Source: Malacoraja senta
Lineage: Eukaryota
Length of the DNA stretch: 64,000 bases
Assembly (NCBI GenBank): GCA_038087875.1
Contig: CM075984.1
Coordinates: forward strand, 9,672,001-9,736,000
Direction of reading: 5' to 3'
In this document: piece by piece, positions 1 through 12,984 of the stretch
Layout of the letters: the number at the start of each line of letters is the position of its first letter
Position numbering within the stretch: the stretch's first letter is position 1
Notes under the pieces: model-generated
What the model was told of the DNA's origin: nothing
Database searches by the model: none
What the model saw: only the letters and a program-made list of their open reading frames with translations
Position numbers and translations under genes: made by a program

Positions 1-1111
1 ATCACCAAACTCAGCGACCTGGGTATCGACCCCTCCCTCTGCAACTGGATACTGGACTTTCTAACTAACAGACCCCAGTCTGTTAGGTTGGACAACCACA
101 CCTCTTCAACCTTCACCCTGAACACCGGCGTTCCACAGGGCTGTGTGCTGAGCCCCCTCCTCTACTCCCTCTTCACCTTCGACTGCACACCTGTACATGG
201 TACTAACACCATCATCAAGTATGCAGATGATACAATGGTGATTGGCCTCATCAGCGACAACGATGAGTCGACCTATAGGGAGGAGGTCCAGCTCCTAGCA
301 GCATGGTGCGCTGACAACAACCTGGCCCTTAACTCCAAGAAGACCAAGGAGCTCATTGTGGACTACAGAAGGTCTAGGGGCGGAACGCACACCCCCATCC
401 ATATTAACGGGACGGAGGTGGAACGCGTTTCCAGCTTCAGGTTTCTGGGGGTCAACATCTCTGATGACCTCTCTTGGACCCACAATACCTCAACTCTGGT
501 CAAGAAGGCTCACCAGCGTCTCTTCTTCCTGAGGAGACTAAAGAAGGTCCATCCGTCTCCTCAGATTCTGGTGAACTTCTACCGCTGCACCATCGAGAGC
601 ATCCTTACCAACTGTATCACAGTATGGTATGGCAACTGCTCTGTCTCCAACCGGAAAGCACTGCAGAGGGTGGTGAAAACTGCCCAACGCATCACCGGTT
701 CCTCACTCCCCTCCATTGAGTCTGTCCAAAGCAAGCGATGTCTGCGAAGGGCGCGCAGCATCGTCAAGGACTGCTCTCACCCCAGCCACAGACTGTTTAC
801 CCTCCTCCCATCCGGGAGGCGCTACAGGTCTCTCCGTTGCCGGACCAGCAGGTTCAGGAACAGCTTCCTCCCTGCGGCTGTTACACTACTTAACTCTGCA
901 CCTTGGTGATTGCCAGTCACCCCCCCTGGACACTCCTTCCCCCAGAAAAATTGCACTACTGCTACTGTTTGTACATATATATATTTTACTGTTCCATTAT
1001 TCTATGTTCGCTCTTCTGGGTGAGATGCTAACTGCATTTCGTTGTCTCTATACTGTACACTGCACAATGACAATAAAGATTGAGTAAAGATTGAATCTGA
1101 ATCTGAATCTG
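1..1111 (+). mobile_element. 3' part of a Rex1/Babar-type non-LTR retrotransposon (RT C-terminus, 3' UTR, microsatellite tail)
   Basis: ORF 88-909 contains [15 protein letters not shown] and IKYADD, plus the [23 protein letters not shown]-terminal block. Ends in ACAATAAA and a (GAATCT)n tail. Runs off the window start. Confidence 0.9.
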
Positions 1112-1396
1112 AAAAATGTTGTTTACTTTTTTTAAAAGTTCTGTCACAGGACTAATGATTCCTTTACCTCTTCGACTTGTTTTGAAACAGGCCACAGCTG
1201 ATGGCCTGAAAGTTGAATGCCTCTACTAGCTGTTGCCCTTCCATGCATGATAGCAGTCCAAAAGTGCAGAAGTCCCAACGGTAGCCAAAAGAAAATCCAT
1301 ATTGGCAATGGCAAAATATAAATGCATTGGTGCAGAAAGCCATTTTTTCAGTCTGTTGTTAAGGCATCGCTGAGACAAAATAGAGTGAACTTTACA

Positions 1397-1580
1397 AAGT
1401 GCTGGAATAACTCAGTGGGTCAGGCAGCATCTTTGGGGAACGTAGATAGGTGATATTTTGGGTCAAGAAGGGGTCCCGACCCAAAACATCACCTATCTAT
1501 ATAGAGCTGTTGTCTGACCAACTGAGTTACTCCAGCACATTGTGCCTTTTTTTTGTAAACCAGCATCTGCAATTTCTTGT
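1397..1580. mobile_element. Head-to-head pair of Penelope-derived pseudo-LTR fragments
   Basis: tgctggaataactcagtgggtcaggcagcatct ... ctgagttactccagca forms an inverted pair. The same module recurs at about 3392, 7800, 8630, 15805, 26300, 30950 and 35260. Confidence 0.65.
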
Positions 1581-2117
1581 GTTAAATAGTGAACTTTGAA
1601 CTCCATAAAGGCATCATTTAACTTTCCTGGGAATTCTCAAAACTAAGTTGTAACAAAATTTGAAATAACTAATTTTCAAGTCTGATAGCTTTCATCTTGG
1701 AATATTAAATTAAACAATAAAACCCATTGGGATTTCAGAGACACTTGAAGTACAGATGTGTGCGACTTTTCAACAAAATAAATCTTAGAAGTAATAATTT
1801 TAGCCTTACATAAAACTTCAATTTCTGTTGCCTAACAGTGTTGATTAGTGTAATCAGCAGAAACAAGACCATCCATCTGGTATTTTGTGTCTGTAATGCT
1901 AAGATGATTAGTAACCTCTGATCTCTTTTATATTAAGGAAGTGGAGTTTTCGGTACTTAAAAGGGTACACAATAAAAAAAGGACATCTTGATGGATTTTC
2001 AACTTGTTACTGCCAGCATGTAAGACATAAAGGAAACAGCGTTCTATTCCATAAGTTATCACTTCAAGTTTCACAACACAAGCTGAAAGCTTCAAGATTA
2101 GATCGAAATGGACTCAC

Positions 2118-2205
2118 CTTCTACAACAGCATAATGCACACATTTTCCTGGAGTGACTTTAAGAAATTCCACCAACTGCTTGTTGATTTGAAATTGTGGG
2201 GCTTC
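2118..2205 (-). CDS. mul1a: MUL1-family (mul1a-like) E3 ligase, coding exon 2
   Basis: ttataattag|GAA...GAA G|gtgagt, 88 nt, encodes EAPQFQINKQLVEFLKVTPGKCVHYAVVE(G). Matches the recalled MUL1 segment ..SEAPGKCVPYAVIEG and is in phase with the upstream exon. Later exons lie beyond the window start. Confidence 0.92.
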
Positions 2206-2260
2206 CTAATTATAATGAAAGAAAGAAATGATGTAATGGGAAATCCAGAAGCAGAGCACA

Positions 2261-2540
2261 GCACGGTGGCGTAGTGGTAGAGTTGCTGTCTTACAGCGCC
2301 AGAGACCCGGATTCGATCCTGACTACGGGTGCGGAGTTTGTACATCCACCCTGTGGGTTTTCTCCAGGTGCTCCAGGTTTCCTCCCACATTCCAAAGACG
2401 TGAGAGTATGTAGGTTAATTGGCTTCTGTAAATTGTCCCTTGTGTGATAGAACTAGTGTGTGGGCAATTGTTAGTCGGAGTGGACACGATGGGCCGATGA
2501 GCCTGTTTCCATGCTGTATCTCTAAAACTAAAACCTAAAA
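2261..2540 (+). mobile_element. tRNA-derived SINE (elasmobranch HE1/V-SINE type)
   Basis: A box (TGGCGTAGTGG), B box (GATTCGATCC), central domain and CR1-like tail ending in (AAACT)n. Related copies at 8812-9103(-), 16480-16720(-), 18670-18920(+), 23015-23230(+) and 62590-62795(-). Confidence 0.85.
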
Positions 2541-3019
2541 CAGAGTGTGCCATTTAGAGTCTATCTTTTCAATCAGAAATTTGTAAAGTTCACTTCAATC
2601 CTCTTCCCCACATTCTTCCATATCCTTACCCAAAAGAAACAAGATCTAGTGAAACTATTCAGTCTCTATTGTACGATCATTAAATTTTTTTCCCCCAGAG
2701 AGGTGTGGCACAAACAAAACTGATGGATTACTCCTTAAGAATCGAATGATATAACCAACTGCAGTGTTGCAACATTGTTTGGTGCAGAACTTTTTAGAGC
2801 CTGTCAATATGTAGAACAATATTAAGAAACTGCTAAAAAGCTTACTTATTTAATAAAGTACCCTAGTTATTAGTTTTAAGTGCTGATTACTTGGCACCAG
2901 CCGGGATGAGCATGGCAATGGACAGCAGGAAGAGAGAGGAGCACGAGACAAGCAACAGAGAGATCCACAATCCATGATGACATTAACAAGTTTGGTTATT
3001 TTCTGCTGCACCCTCATGA

Positions 3020-3540
3020 CTTAAGAAGTCACACTGCAGCTTTATAATACTTTGGATAGGCCGCATTTGAAGTAATGTGTGTGGTTCATGATTCCCTATT
3101 GCAGGATGTGGCGGCTTTCGAGAGGGCGTAGAAGAGGTTTGGCATAATGCTGCCTCAATTAGTGAGTAGTAGTAATAAGGAGAGATTGGACAAATTTGTT
3201 TCTCCAGAGCAATGGAGGCCGAGGGAAATATAACATTATGAGATGCATACATTGGGTAGACCGTCAGAATCCTTCTCCTAGGGTGGAAATGTCAAAGACT
3301 AGAGAGCATAGCTTTAATGCGAGAGGGAAACTTTAAGGGAGATATGCTGGGCAAGTATTGTTTTAAGCAGAGAGTGGCAGTAGAATCATAGGTAGACATA
3401 AAATGCTGGAGGAACTCAGCGGGTGAGGCAGCATCTCTGGAGAGCAGGGATGGGCGATATTTCGGGTCAAGACCCTTCTTCAGACTGATGGAATCATGAT
3501 AGGAGCATTTAATATGCTTTTAAATAGGTACATGGAGACA
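3020..3540 (+). mobile_element. Degenerate CR1 LINE 3' fragment with a Penelope pLTR insert (about 3392-3490)
   Basis: Decayed RPHLEYCVQFW/LYSLE-type CR1 nucleotide motifs. Confidence 0.6.
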
Positions 3541-4539
3541 ATTAAAGGCCTATTAAAATGTTTCAGACGAAAGAAATACAAAAGGCTCCGAATGTTCCAA
3601 AACATATTATATTTTAGGGTAAAAATGCAGCAATGTATACAATTATGAAAAACACAATTATATAAATGAAGATAATAAAAGAAAATGCAGATGCTGGAAT
3701 AAGATCAAAATGGAAATCATGCAGGGACAAAGATGAAAGTTCTGAGACCTAAAATGTTAACTTTTTCTCTTTTTACAGATGCTGCCTGAATTGCCTGAGT
3801 TTTTATAGAACATAGAACAGTACAGCACAGGAACAGGCCATTTGGCCCACAATGTCTGTGTGAACAATTATGCCAAGACCAGCATTTGCTGGTGCACGAT
3901 TACATGAACTGTTTTAGTATTTCTAAGCCTAACAAGGTTACATTTACATTCACCCAGGCTGAACACAATCAACATAATTGGAATTCCAATTTCAATCCTG
4001 ATCAGGAATTTGAGATGGAATATTTAGTTGCTCTAAAGTAAATAAAAATTATCTTGCAAAAAATCACCAAGAAATTAGGGGTCAGGAAAAGGATGTCACC
4101 TGTATTATTTGAAAAGCACCCCCCGCTACAACCATAATACACCACTGGCACTATATTGGTCAACAATTCTATCGGTTGTACATGGATAGGACAGGTTTGG
4201 GGGGAGATGGACCAAACGCAGGCTGTGGGACTAGTGTAGCTGGGACACATTGGCCGTTGTGGGCAAGTTGGGCTGAAGGGCCTGTTTCAAACTGTATCAC
4301 TCTATAACTCTATTTCTATGACTCAATTATTTTAACAATCCATCCTCTCAAGGTTCAAAACAAATAGTGACTCAAGTGACATGCTTAGAGTATTGATTCA
4401 AGGGTGGAAGTGTTTTTAGTCACAATTATTATACTAGTTATTCCCTCACATTTATATCAAAAAGACTTCTAACTACCAAGAATATTTTGGAATGAGAAAG
4501 AAGGTGTGGTGGAAACAACTGGAAAAATATATTTCTTAC

Positions 4540-4656
4540 CTTCAGCACTTCCACGGTTGTTCTTTTCCTTCTATACAAGTAGTAAAACAACCCAGAAAAT
4601 GCAAAGCTAGACCCCAAGCAGATCAGTTCTACGGTTGACACTGGAATCCTGTCCAT
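4540..4656 (-). CDS. mul1a: MUL1-family (mul1a-like) E3 ligase, first coding exon (N-terminal TM1)
   Basis: ATG at 4656; 117 nt encoding MDRIPVSTVELICLGSSFAFSGLFYYLYRRKRTTVEVLK, then AAG|gtaaga. An acceptor ttttctttttgaagttag at 4681-4682 implies an upstream non-coding exon. The paralogue assignment (mul1a rather than MUL1) is from recall. Confidence 0.9.
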
Positions 4657-6418
4657 ATTGCAGCTATGATCAAGCAATGTCTAACTTCAAAAAGAAAACA
4701 TACTGTTAAACAAATTGAAAAGCAATATTTGTTTTTGTTCTTCTGATGGCAAGGCTGCTTGTATTGATCAGCTCTGATTATCCAGTATTTATGACCTTCA
4801 ATTGTCACAAGGGTGTTGGAACAATGGTGAGAGCGGACAAATTCTACAATACTAAAACAGACAACTATGCAGTGTTGATATGTCCCAGTCATATGAAATA
4901 GTTGCACATCCATCAACACTGGGGTAGGGAGGTGCAGCAAGAATAACTTCGGGAAAGTCAAAATATGTTCGGTCACTTGTACAAACAACTACTTCACAAG
5001 TGGTGCATATCTAATCCAATGGCAGAGGATGAAAAAAAAGGAAAATAAATAAAGCTATTCCCATGCATGCAAGTAGCACTGCTTGCAATTTTTAACATAG
5101 TAAAGATGTTTCAAAGTCCTAAGAGAAGCAAAATCTGATGTTGAAGCAAATTTAAAACTGCATTGAAGATGGAGAGGGATTTTAGAAGTTACATGCTTAG
5201 GGGCTAGGTGAGAGTATTCAACACCAGATGTGTAGACAAGAGATCAAAATTGGCCAAATACAGAGAATTTGGATGGTTACCAAGCTAGTACAAAGGTTAC
5301 CTACACAAGGGGGGTGAGATGCCATTAAGAGATTTAGAAACAAGAATGATAAAATCAGGCTGGTAGCAGATTTGGAAGATTGTTTAGGTTACAAGCGCAG
5401 GATTGATCATCCAGTAGGCATGGAAAGGATTAGCTCCTCTACCCCACCTGCCCGCCACTCAACCACTAACTTAGGTGCTTTTGCCCTCCTTTATCCTCCC
5501 TGCATCATAAAACTCTAACATCCAATTTTGATGGAAGGAATTTAATCCTGAACCATCAACTCCGTTCTCCTCGGCATCGATGCAGCTAAACTAGCTGAGT
5601 ATTTTTTAGCATTGTGTTTTATTTCAAAATTACAATGGCTTGCTTTTAGCCCAGGAGCAATGAAAGGATGGTGGAAATTTATATACAGATTTTTGGAAGA
5701 GTTCAAGTTGAAAGAGAGTACACTGGAAAAGTGAAATCTAGAGCAGGTAACGGTACTGATGAAAGTTTCAGCAGAAGGACTGATACAGGGTGGAAAATGG
5801 ACAATGTTACGCTGTTAAAGGTGTGCTGTAAATTTGGACGGATGCAAATGACCAAAATGGAAATTACAAGTCAGAAGAATAAAAATTACTAAAATAATAT
5901 GGCATGGGAAAGTTTCTCTCAGGATGACACATATTGGAAAGATGCAAACCATAATGCTTAACCTTAAACATTAGCCAGAAATGGGAAGGAAAATGTGTTT
6001 GGGCAATAAAGTTTGTAGCATCTGAAGACAATAACTATTGTCTTTGCACAATTCGTTTTTCGGAAATTTCTGCCTTCCTATCCTTGATCTCATCAGAATC
6101 AGAATCACACTTTATTCGGCAAGTATGCTTTGCAACATACGAGGAATTTCATTGGCCATACAAAAAGCATGAGCGATTGGGACTATGGAGCAGGGTCAAG
6201 GGAGTGCACTGAGATAAATCAATGTACATGTGTGGACCTGGATGGTGTTCCCATGGGACAAGTAGCTGACAACTAATGACCAAAGATAAATCCTTTGTAA
6301 TGATGCAGGAATGGGTAGAGAAATTATTGCTATCAATTCTCTAGCTACAACTTAGAAGGAATGGAACCCAAGGCCACTACCAGTCAGGTCAGAAACATCT
6401 AACGTTTCCCTATTCTGA

Positions 6419-6967
6419 TAGACAATAGGTGCAGGAGTAGGCCATTCGGCCCTTCAAGCCAGCACCGCCATTCAATGTGATCATGGCTGATCATCCACAA
6501 TCAGTACCCCGTTCCTGCCTTCTCCCCATATCCCCTGACTCCGCTATCTTCAAGAACCCTATCTAGCTCTCTTGAAAGTATCCAGAGAACCGGTCTCCAC
6601 TGCCCTCTGAGGCAAAGAATTCCACACACTCACAACTCTGTGTGAAAAAGTGTTTCATCATCTCTGTTCGAAATAGCTTACCCCTTATTCTTAAACTGTG
6701 GCCCCTGGTTCTGGACTCCTCCATCATCGGGAACATGTTTCCTGCCTCTAGCGTGTCCAAACCCTTAATAATCTTATATGTTTGAATAAGATATCCTCTC
6801 ATCCTTCTAAATTCCAGAGTATACAAGCCCAGCCACTCCATTCTCTCATCATATGACAGTCCTGCCATCCTGGGAATTAAGCTTGTGAACCTACGCTGCA
6901 CTCCCTCAATAGCAAGAATGTCCTTCCTCAAATTTGGAGACCAAAACTGCACACAATACTCCAGATG
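6419..6967 (-). mobile_element. Young CR1 LINE 3' fragment
   Basis: ORF 6563-6970 [28 protein letters not shown], plus the conserved 3' UTR and (ATTGTCT)n-type tail. Confidence 0.9.
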
Positions 6968-8079
6968 CAAGGTAATTGAACTGAAATTATAGCTCCTATT
7001 CTACAAGTGCAGCCTATTTTCTGAATATTTCCCATGCTTTATATGGCAAGTTTTCTAAGCAATAGCCAAAGATTGTAACTCAAGGCCAAGAGCATAACTA
7101 CAAGGTTTGCAGATCAAAATACACAACTATTAGATATTTCACAATGTACCTGTTGCTCACCTGAAATAGCTACAAACTACCCATAATGACAAGCATCATT
7201 TACCTTGCTATTACTTTGAACATAAAATCTCACCAAATATTGTGAGCTGTGAAAACAAGATAACGACATCCATGCGATGACACAGGCCTTACCAGAGGTT
7301 TGCAGTAATGTACTGCAGAGCCAGGTTGATGATGAGCCTGTAACGATTCATTTATTGCACAGCACACCCTTTCAAAGTAAAATGGACCAAATACCAGAAT
7401 TAAGAAAGTACGGTATATATTTAAATTATATGGGGAGACTGGGGGAGGAGCAGAGATTGTGCTCCTCGGTGCAGGTGCATTGGAAATTTGATAAGAAGCT
7501 TAAATAGTAAAATGACGATCAGTAAATCTCATGTGAAAACAAAGAGAAGGAAACATTTCGGTTTATGCAGTCATTGTAATCTGGAATACACTGCCCAAAA
7601 TGTGGTTGGTGCAGATTTATCAGTAACTTTCAAGAGTTGGTCAAACACGAAGGGGGTATGAAGGTAAAATAATAATTTGGCACACGGAACAGTCCTACAA
7701 CAGTCACAATGTGTGGTAGATCTGAAGGGCTTTCTTCCACGTTTAATTATGGAACAAAACATTGAAGAGTGCATCAGCACGGATGATATTTTGCCTAGAT
7801 AGATACACAATGCTGGAGTAACTCAGCGGGACAGGCAGCATCTCAGGAGAGAAGGAATGGGTGATGTTTTGGGTCGAGACTTCTTCAGACATTCTGCCTA
7901 TATATCTTCCCCTCATCACACCATCCCACCACCCATCTCTGGGATTTTAGTTGCTGCATTCGCCCATTCATCATCCTTTAGAGACCCCCCTGCACTGTGG
8001 CTCTCAACCTGGCGGGTCAGTGTACCCTTGGAGCCTTTGCAAGCCCAATGCCTTGTTGCACAGCGACCCCCAGCTCCTG

Positions 8080-8600
8080 GCCGCGGGCAAACCGTGCGAC
8101 CCTGCACCAAACCATCCAGTGCGGCCCACAGACAGAGCGGGGCCCCAGAGCCGCCCCGATGCTCCTGCCGACAGAGCGGGCCCCCCAGAAGTCAGGTTGC
8201 CGGGTAACGACGCGCACCTCAACACTGTAGGTCGCCTCTGACAACAACTAATCCTTGCTCCTTTACAGCGGACACACGATGTCCTCCAGGCCCGCACCGG
8301 TAAACTTCCCCCATGACAGAAACAATCCAGAGCCGATAGGGACCAGCTGCGGGATTCTGGGACTTGTAGTCCCTTTGGCCCATAGTGCACCATGCTGCGA
8401 CTATACGCATGCGCAAGAACACCACCGCGGGATTCTGGGATTGTAGTCCATCAGCGGCCCATAGTGCGCCTCTTGGTAACGCTGCGCATGCGTTCAGCCC
8501 ATGCTGCGGGTTTCCGTCAAATCGGCCCATTGTACACCACGCGGTGACACAACTCATGCGCACGGATCATGCCGTGGGATTCTGGGACTTGTAGTCTATT
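8080..8600 (-). promoter_or_regulatory. CpG-rich housekeeping promoter, probably of mul1a
   Basis: Three ACTACA(A)NTCCCAGAAT ZNF143/THAP11 motifs (8349-8371, 8427-8448, 8574-8596, minus orientation); NRF1-type GCGCATGCG (8405-8415, 8483-8492); X-box GTTGCCGGGTAAC (8196-8208). Lies 3.5 kb upstream of the ATG exon. A weak candidate donor GAG|gtgcgc sits at 8218/8217. Confidence 0.75.
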
Positions 8601-8624
8601 GACGATGCATCTTCCAATCATGGA

Positions 8625-10065
8625 CAATGCCTGAATAACTCAGCGGGACATGCAGCATCTCTGGAGAGAAGGAATGGGTGACTTTTCGGGTCGAGACCCT
8701 TCTTCAGACTGGGAGTCAGGGGAGAGGGAGTTTAAAGGCATGGCAGGGTAAGGTGTGAAAACGAGAGATCAAAGCAGACGTTGAAGTAGGAAATGTAGAA
8801 TAGTGCATTGTTTAGTTTAGAGATACACCGAGTCCACCGGTGTCCACACCGTCCAGCGATCCCCGCACATTAACACTATTCTACACACACTAGGGACAAT
8901 TTTACACTTATACCGAGCCAATTAACCTACAAACCTGTAAGTCTTTGGAGTGTGGGATGAAACTGAAGATCTCGGAGAAAACCCATGGGGAGAAAGTACA
9001 AACTCCGTACAGACAGAACCCGCAGTCGGGATCGAACCCGGGTCTCTGGCGCTGCAAGCGCTGTAAGGCAGCAACTCTACTGCTGCGTCACCTTGCTGCC
9101 CCACTCAGCTTGTTAGCTGAGAGGATGATGACAACGAGGCATACAATCAGTAAAGTTAATCAGGAGGACAGTGGAACTAGGGTGGGGGAGGGATGGAGAG
9201 AGAGAGAGGAAAAGTAAGGGTTAGTTGAAGTTAGAGAAATTTGTGGTGTGGCGGCACCTATCGGCAGCGACTCGACTACAGTCCGTCAGTCTTTTTTAAA
9301 TTTTTGTTGTCTCGTTAAATGTATGTCTTGACTCTAGTTTGTATTTTTTTTCAGCTGTGTTTATGTGGGGGATGGGGATGTGGGGGGGGGGGGGATGTTA
9401 ATCTCTTCCCTGCACGGGGACCCGACTAACTGGTCCCCAATGTCGTTGGGCCTGACATCGTGGAGCCGGCGGCGGCCTCCGGCTGGGACCAGCCTGAGGG
9501 TTCCAGTCGCAGAGCCTGCGTACCTGACATTGCGGAGTTGGCCGACTTCGGAACGGGAAGAGCTGTGGTGGCGCTCGGCTGCGACCCGACTTCAGAGCTT
9601 CGGAGGCTCCGACCGCAGGCCCAGTGGACAGGAACATCGGGAGCTCGCAGGTCCCTGGTGGGAGACCGCTTTTCGGAGCTCCCGCAATGGCAACTTCTCC
9701 CGCTGGAATAAAGGACTCGTATTGGGGCCTAACATCGCCCGGCGTGGCTTAAACGGCCACAGGACTTACCATCGCCCGCCGAGGGCTTTAACATCAGAGC
9801 CCTAGTTCGCCTCGACACTGCTAGACCGCGTGAGAAGAACAAAGGGAAGAGATAAGACTTTGCCTTCCATCACAGTGAGGAGGTGTTGGAGATCCACTGT
9901 GATGGATGTTTATGTCTTGGTTTTTTTTGTAATGTAAGACTAGAAAATGCAATTTTGTTCAAACCAAGCTGTTTGAATGACAATAAAAGGCATTCCATTC
10001 TATTCTATCAATATTGATACCGCTGGATTGTAAGCTGTTCAAGTGAAATATGAGGTGCTGTTCAG
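8625..10065 (-). mobile_element. Penelope-like element 3' end, interrupted by a SINE (8812-9103) and a GC-rich repeat (9245-10007)
   Basis: pLTR at 8625-8710. The GIY-YIG C-terminal nucleotide stretch stops at about 9240 (gttagagaaat) and resumes at about 10008 (tcaatattgataccgctgg). Confidence 0.6.
9245..10007 (+). mobile_element. GC-rich non-coding dispersed repeat (probably a non-autonomous LINE derivative)
   Basis: Shares head and body motifs (cctaacatcg, ggagctcc, gccttccatcacagtg) and a GACAATAAA + short-repeat tail with copies at 12985-13730, 26700-27620, 47725-48395 and 61850-62570(-). Confidence 0.6.
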
Positions 10066-10094
10066 GAAATGTGCAGAATTTTCAAGGAAATGTG

Positions 10095-10690
10095 CAGAAG
10101 TAGGCCATTTGGCCTATTGAGTCTACTCCTCCATTCAATCATGTATGATCTATCGTTCCTTTCAACCCGTCCCCTGCCTTCTACCCATAAGCCTTGACAC
10201 CCGTACTAATCAAGAATCTGTCAATCTTCGCCTTAAAAATACCCATTAACGGCCTCCACAGCTGTCTGTGGCAATGAATTCCACAGATTCATCACCCTCT
10301 GACTAAAAATGTTCCTCTACATCTTAGTTCTAAAGGGGCGTCCTTTTATTCTGAGGCTATGCCCTCTGATCCTGGACTCCCCATTATTGGAAACATCCTT
10401 TCCGCATCCAATCAATCCAGGCCTTTCACTATTTGGTAAGTTTCAATGATGACCCCCCTCATCCTTCTAAACTCCAGCGAGTACAGACCCAGTGACATTA
10501 AACTCGTAAACCTCTTCTGGAACTTCTCCAACACCAGCACATTCTCCCTCAGATATGGGGCCCAAAGTTGCTCACAATATTCCACATGCAGTCTGACCAG
10601 TGCCTCTTAAAGCCTCTGTATTACATCCCTGTTTTTATACTCCAGTCCTCTCTCGAAATAAGTGCTAACATTGCCTTTGCCTTCCATACT
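10095..10690 (-). mobile_element. CR1 LINE 3' fragment
   Basis: Diverged copy of the same CR1 3' region as 6419-6967. Confidence 0.75.
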
Positions 10691-10714
10691 GCCAAATCAA
10701 AGTATACAGTTGAT

Positions 10715-12042
10715 GGCAAGACCCTTTGTGGTCGTTGGAAGCTTGAGAGCCCCTTGTGATTGGTGCAGTGTGAGTGGCATTGTGACATCATCACTGGAAG
10801 CTCCTGGAAAAAGGGCTGTCTGTGAGAAGGCAGTTTTGGCTTAAAAAAAAACACTTTAATCATGAATAACGTTTGAAATATAGCATGAAATCTGAAGTGA
10901 ACCTGATTACGGCGTGGAGGGGAATCAGAAGTTGAGGAGCAGCTTCTTCAGATATTAGTACAGTGGCAGCTGTACCATTGGCAACATCCCATTGTGATGT
11001 CATTTGTAAATGAGATCCATTGTGATTGGACGTCTGTGAGATGGCATTGTGACATAACCACTGGAAGGTGCTGCAAGAGTCTGCCACTGAAAAGCAGTTA
11101 ATTTTTTTCAAATGTTGCTTTAAAAAAAAACTTTAATCATGAATAACTTTTGAAATATAGCTTGAAATCTTAAGTGAAGCTGAGTATGGTGTGGGACCAA
11201 AATGCAACCAGAACTTAAGGAGAAGCCCCTTCAGATATTGGTTGAGGGACAGGAACCTCGTTACCATTGGCAACGTCCCATTGTGATATCATTGTGGCAA
11301 TCGGCAGCCACCTTGAGAGGCCATTGTGATTGGTGCACTGTGAGAGGTGCACTTGTGACATAATCACTGGGAGCTCTCTGTGAGAAGGCAGATTTGGCTT
11401 TTTCTAAAACTTTAATCATGAATAACTTTTGAAATATAGCATGAAGTGTGAAGCAAACCGCCAGGGAGATCGCCCCCACCCCCACCCCCCCCCCCCCCCC
11501 TCTGATCGGCCCTCCCCACTCCCTACCTTGTGCCCAAACACCAGGATCGTGGGACCAAAATACAACCAGAACTTGATGAGCTGCCCTTTCAGATATTGGT
11601 AGAGGGGCAGCAACCTCGTTACCGTTGGTAATGTCCCACTGTGATGTCATTGTGGCAGTTGTCAGCCGGCTTGAGAACCCATTGTTACCGTTGGCAACAT
11701 CCCATTGTGATGTCATTGTGGCAGTCGGCAGCCAGCTTGAGAGCCCATTGTGATTGGTGCACTGTGAGAGGCATTGTGACATCATCATTGTGAGAAGGCT
11801 GGAAGCTGTCTGCGAAAAGGCGGTTTTGGCTGTTATTAAAATTTCAACGATTAATAACTTCGGAAATATAGGTGGAAATGCGACTGGAAGATGTTTATCG
11901 CCATCACTGGAACAATGTGAGTAGGATGTGTGAAAATGGGAAGGCTGTAGCCTAGCGTTTGGAAGAAGATAGGAATTAACCAGATTAACACAGAGACACA
12001 TCTTGGGCATAAACAAGACAAAGACTTATAGTTATATAGAGA
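10715..12042 (-). mobile_element. Non-autonomous Helitron-like element with internal ~270-300 bp repeats
   Basis: Minus-strand terminus A|TCTCTATATAACTATAAG at 12042 (Helitron-type 5' TC end). Repeated blocks AAAACTTTAATCATGAATAAC..GAAATATAGC and CCCATTGTGATGTCAT. No 3' CTAG end found. Confidence 0.55.
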
Positions 12043-12044
12043 TT

Positions 12045-12650
12045 ATACAGCAAGGAAACAGATCTTTAGGACCAACTCATCTATGCTGACCAAAATGCCT
12101 ATCTCACTTAATCTCTTTTGACTGCATTTGGACGATATCCTTTTAAACCTTTCCAATCTGTTTACCTGTCAAAATCTCTCTTAAACATTGTAATTGTATC
12201 CGCCTCTACCATCTCCTCTGGCAGCTCATTTCATACACCCTCTACCCTTGTCCGAAAACTTGCTCCTGAGTTCCCCTTTAAATCTTTCCACTCTCACATT
12301 AAACCTGTGCTCTCCAGTACTCTACACTCACTTACACTAGTAAAAAATAATGTGGCTATCTACTCTATGTATTTCCCTTATAATTTTATAAATCTACATA
12401 AGATCACCTCTCAATCTCCATTGTTCCAGGGAAAACAGACCCCGCGTATCCAACTACTCCTTATACTCAAGGCCTCCAGTCCTGGAAACTGTACCCTCTC
12501 TCACATCCTTCCTGTAATGTAGCAACCAGATCTGTACACAATAGGCTAAGTGTGGTTTAACCATGTTGTTTTCAACTGTAACACGATGTACCAATTCCAG
12601 TCCATAAACCTTTGGTCGATGAAGGCAGCTTTGCCATACACCTTCTTCAC
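12045..12650 (-). mobile_element. Old CR1 LINE fragment
   Basis: ORF 12454-12672 contains KPHLAYCVQIW; decayed 3' UTR. Confidence 0.65.
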
Positions 12651-12984
12651 CTTCCTTCATCAAACTGCACATGAGTACAACAGGTGGTGCAAAGAGAAAG
12701 GAAACAGAGTGAAGAATATGGTGTTACAGCTACAGAGAAACTGCAGATTTTTTTTAAATTGCAAGGTCTCCAACAAGGTAGATTGGAGGAGTCTGGAATA
12801 CATCCCTTAGGTTGTCAGCAGTTTGTTCAAGAATCTGACAGCAATAGGGAAGAAACTGATCTTGAATATAATTTTACGTGCTTTCAAGCTTTTGTATCTT
12901 CTGGTTGATGGAGAGGGGAAAAGAGGGGTGGTATGGGTGTTGTTGGCTGCAGGGACTACTGGTCTCCAGAGGGCTAGTATGGAC

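Noticed and set aside
2261-2325. tRNA gene (also about 23015, 48920-48990 and 36120)
   Set aside because: SINE heads or an LTR-internal B-box-like motif; no complete cloverleaf.
7857-8594. Overlapping ORFs in the CpG island
   Set aside because: Expected from high GC content; no domain motifs; the region is better explained as a promoter.
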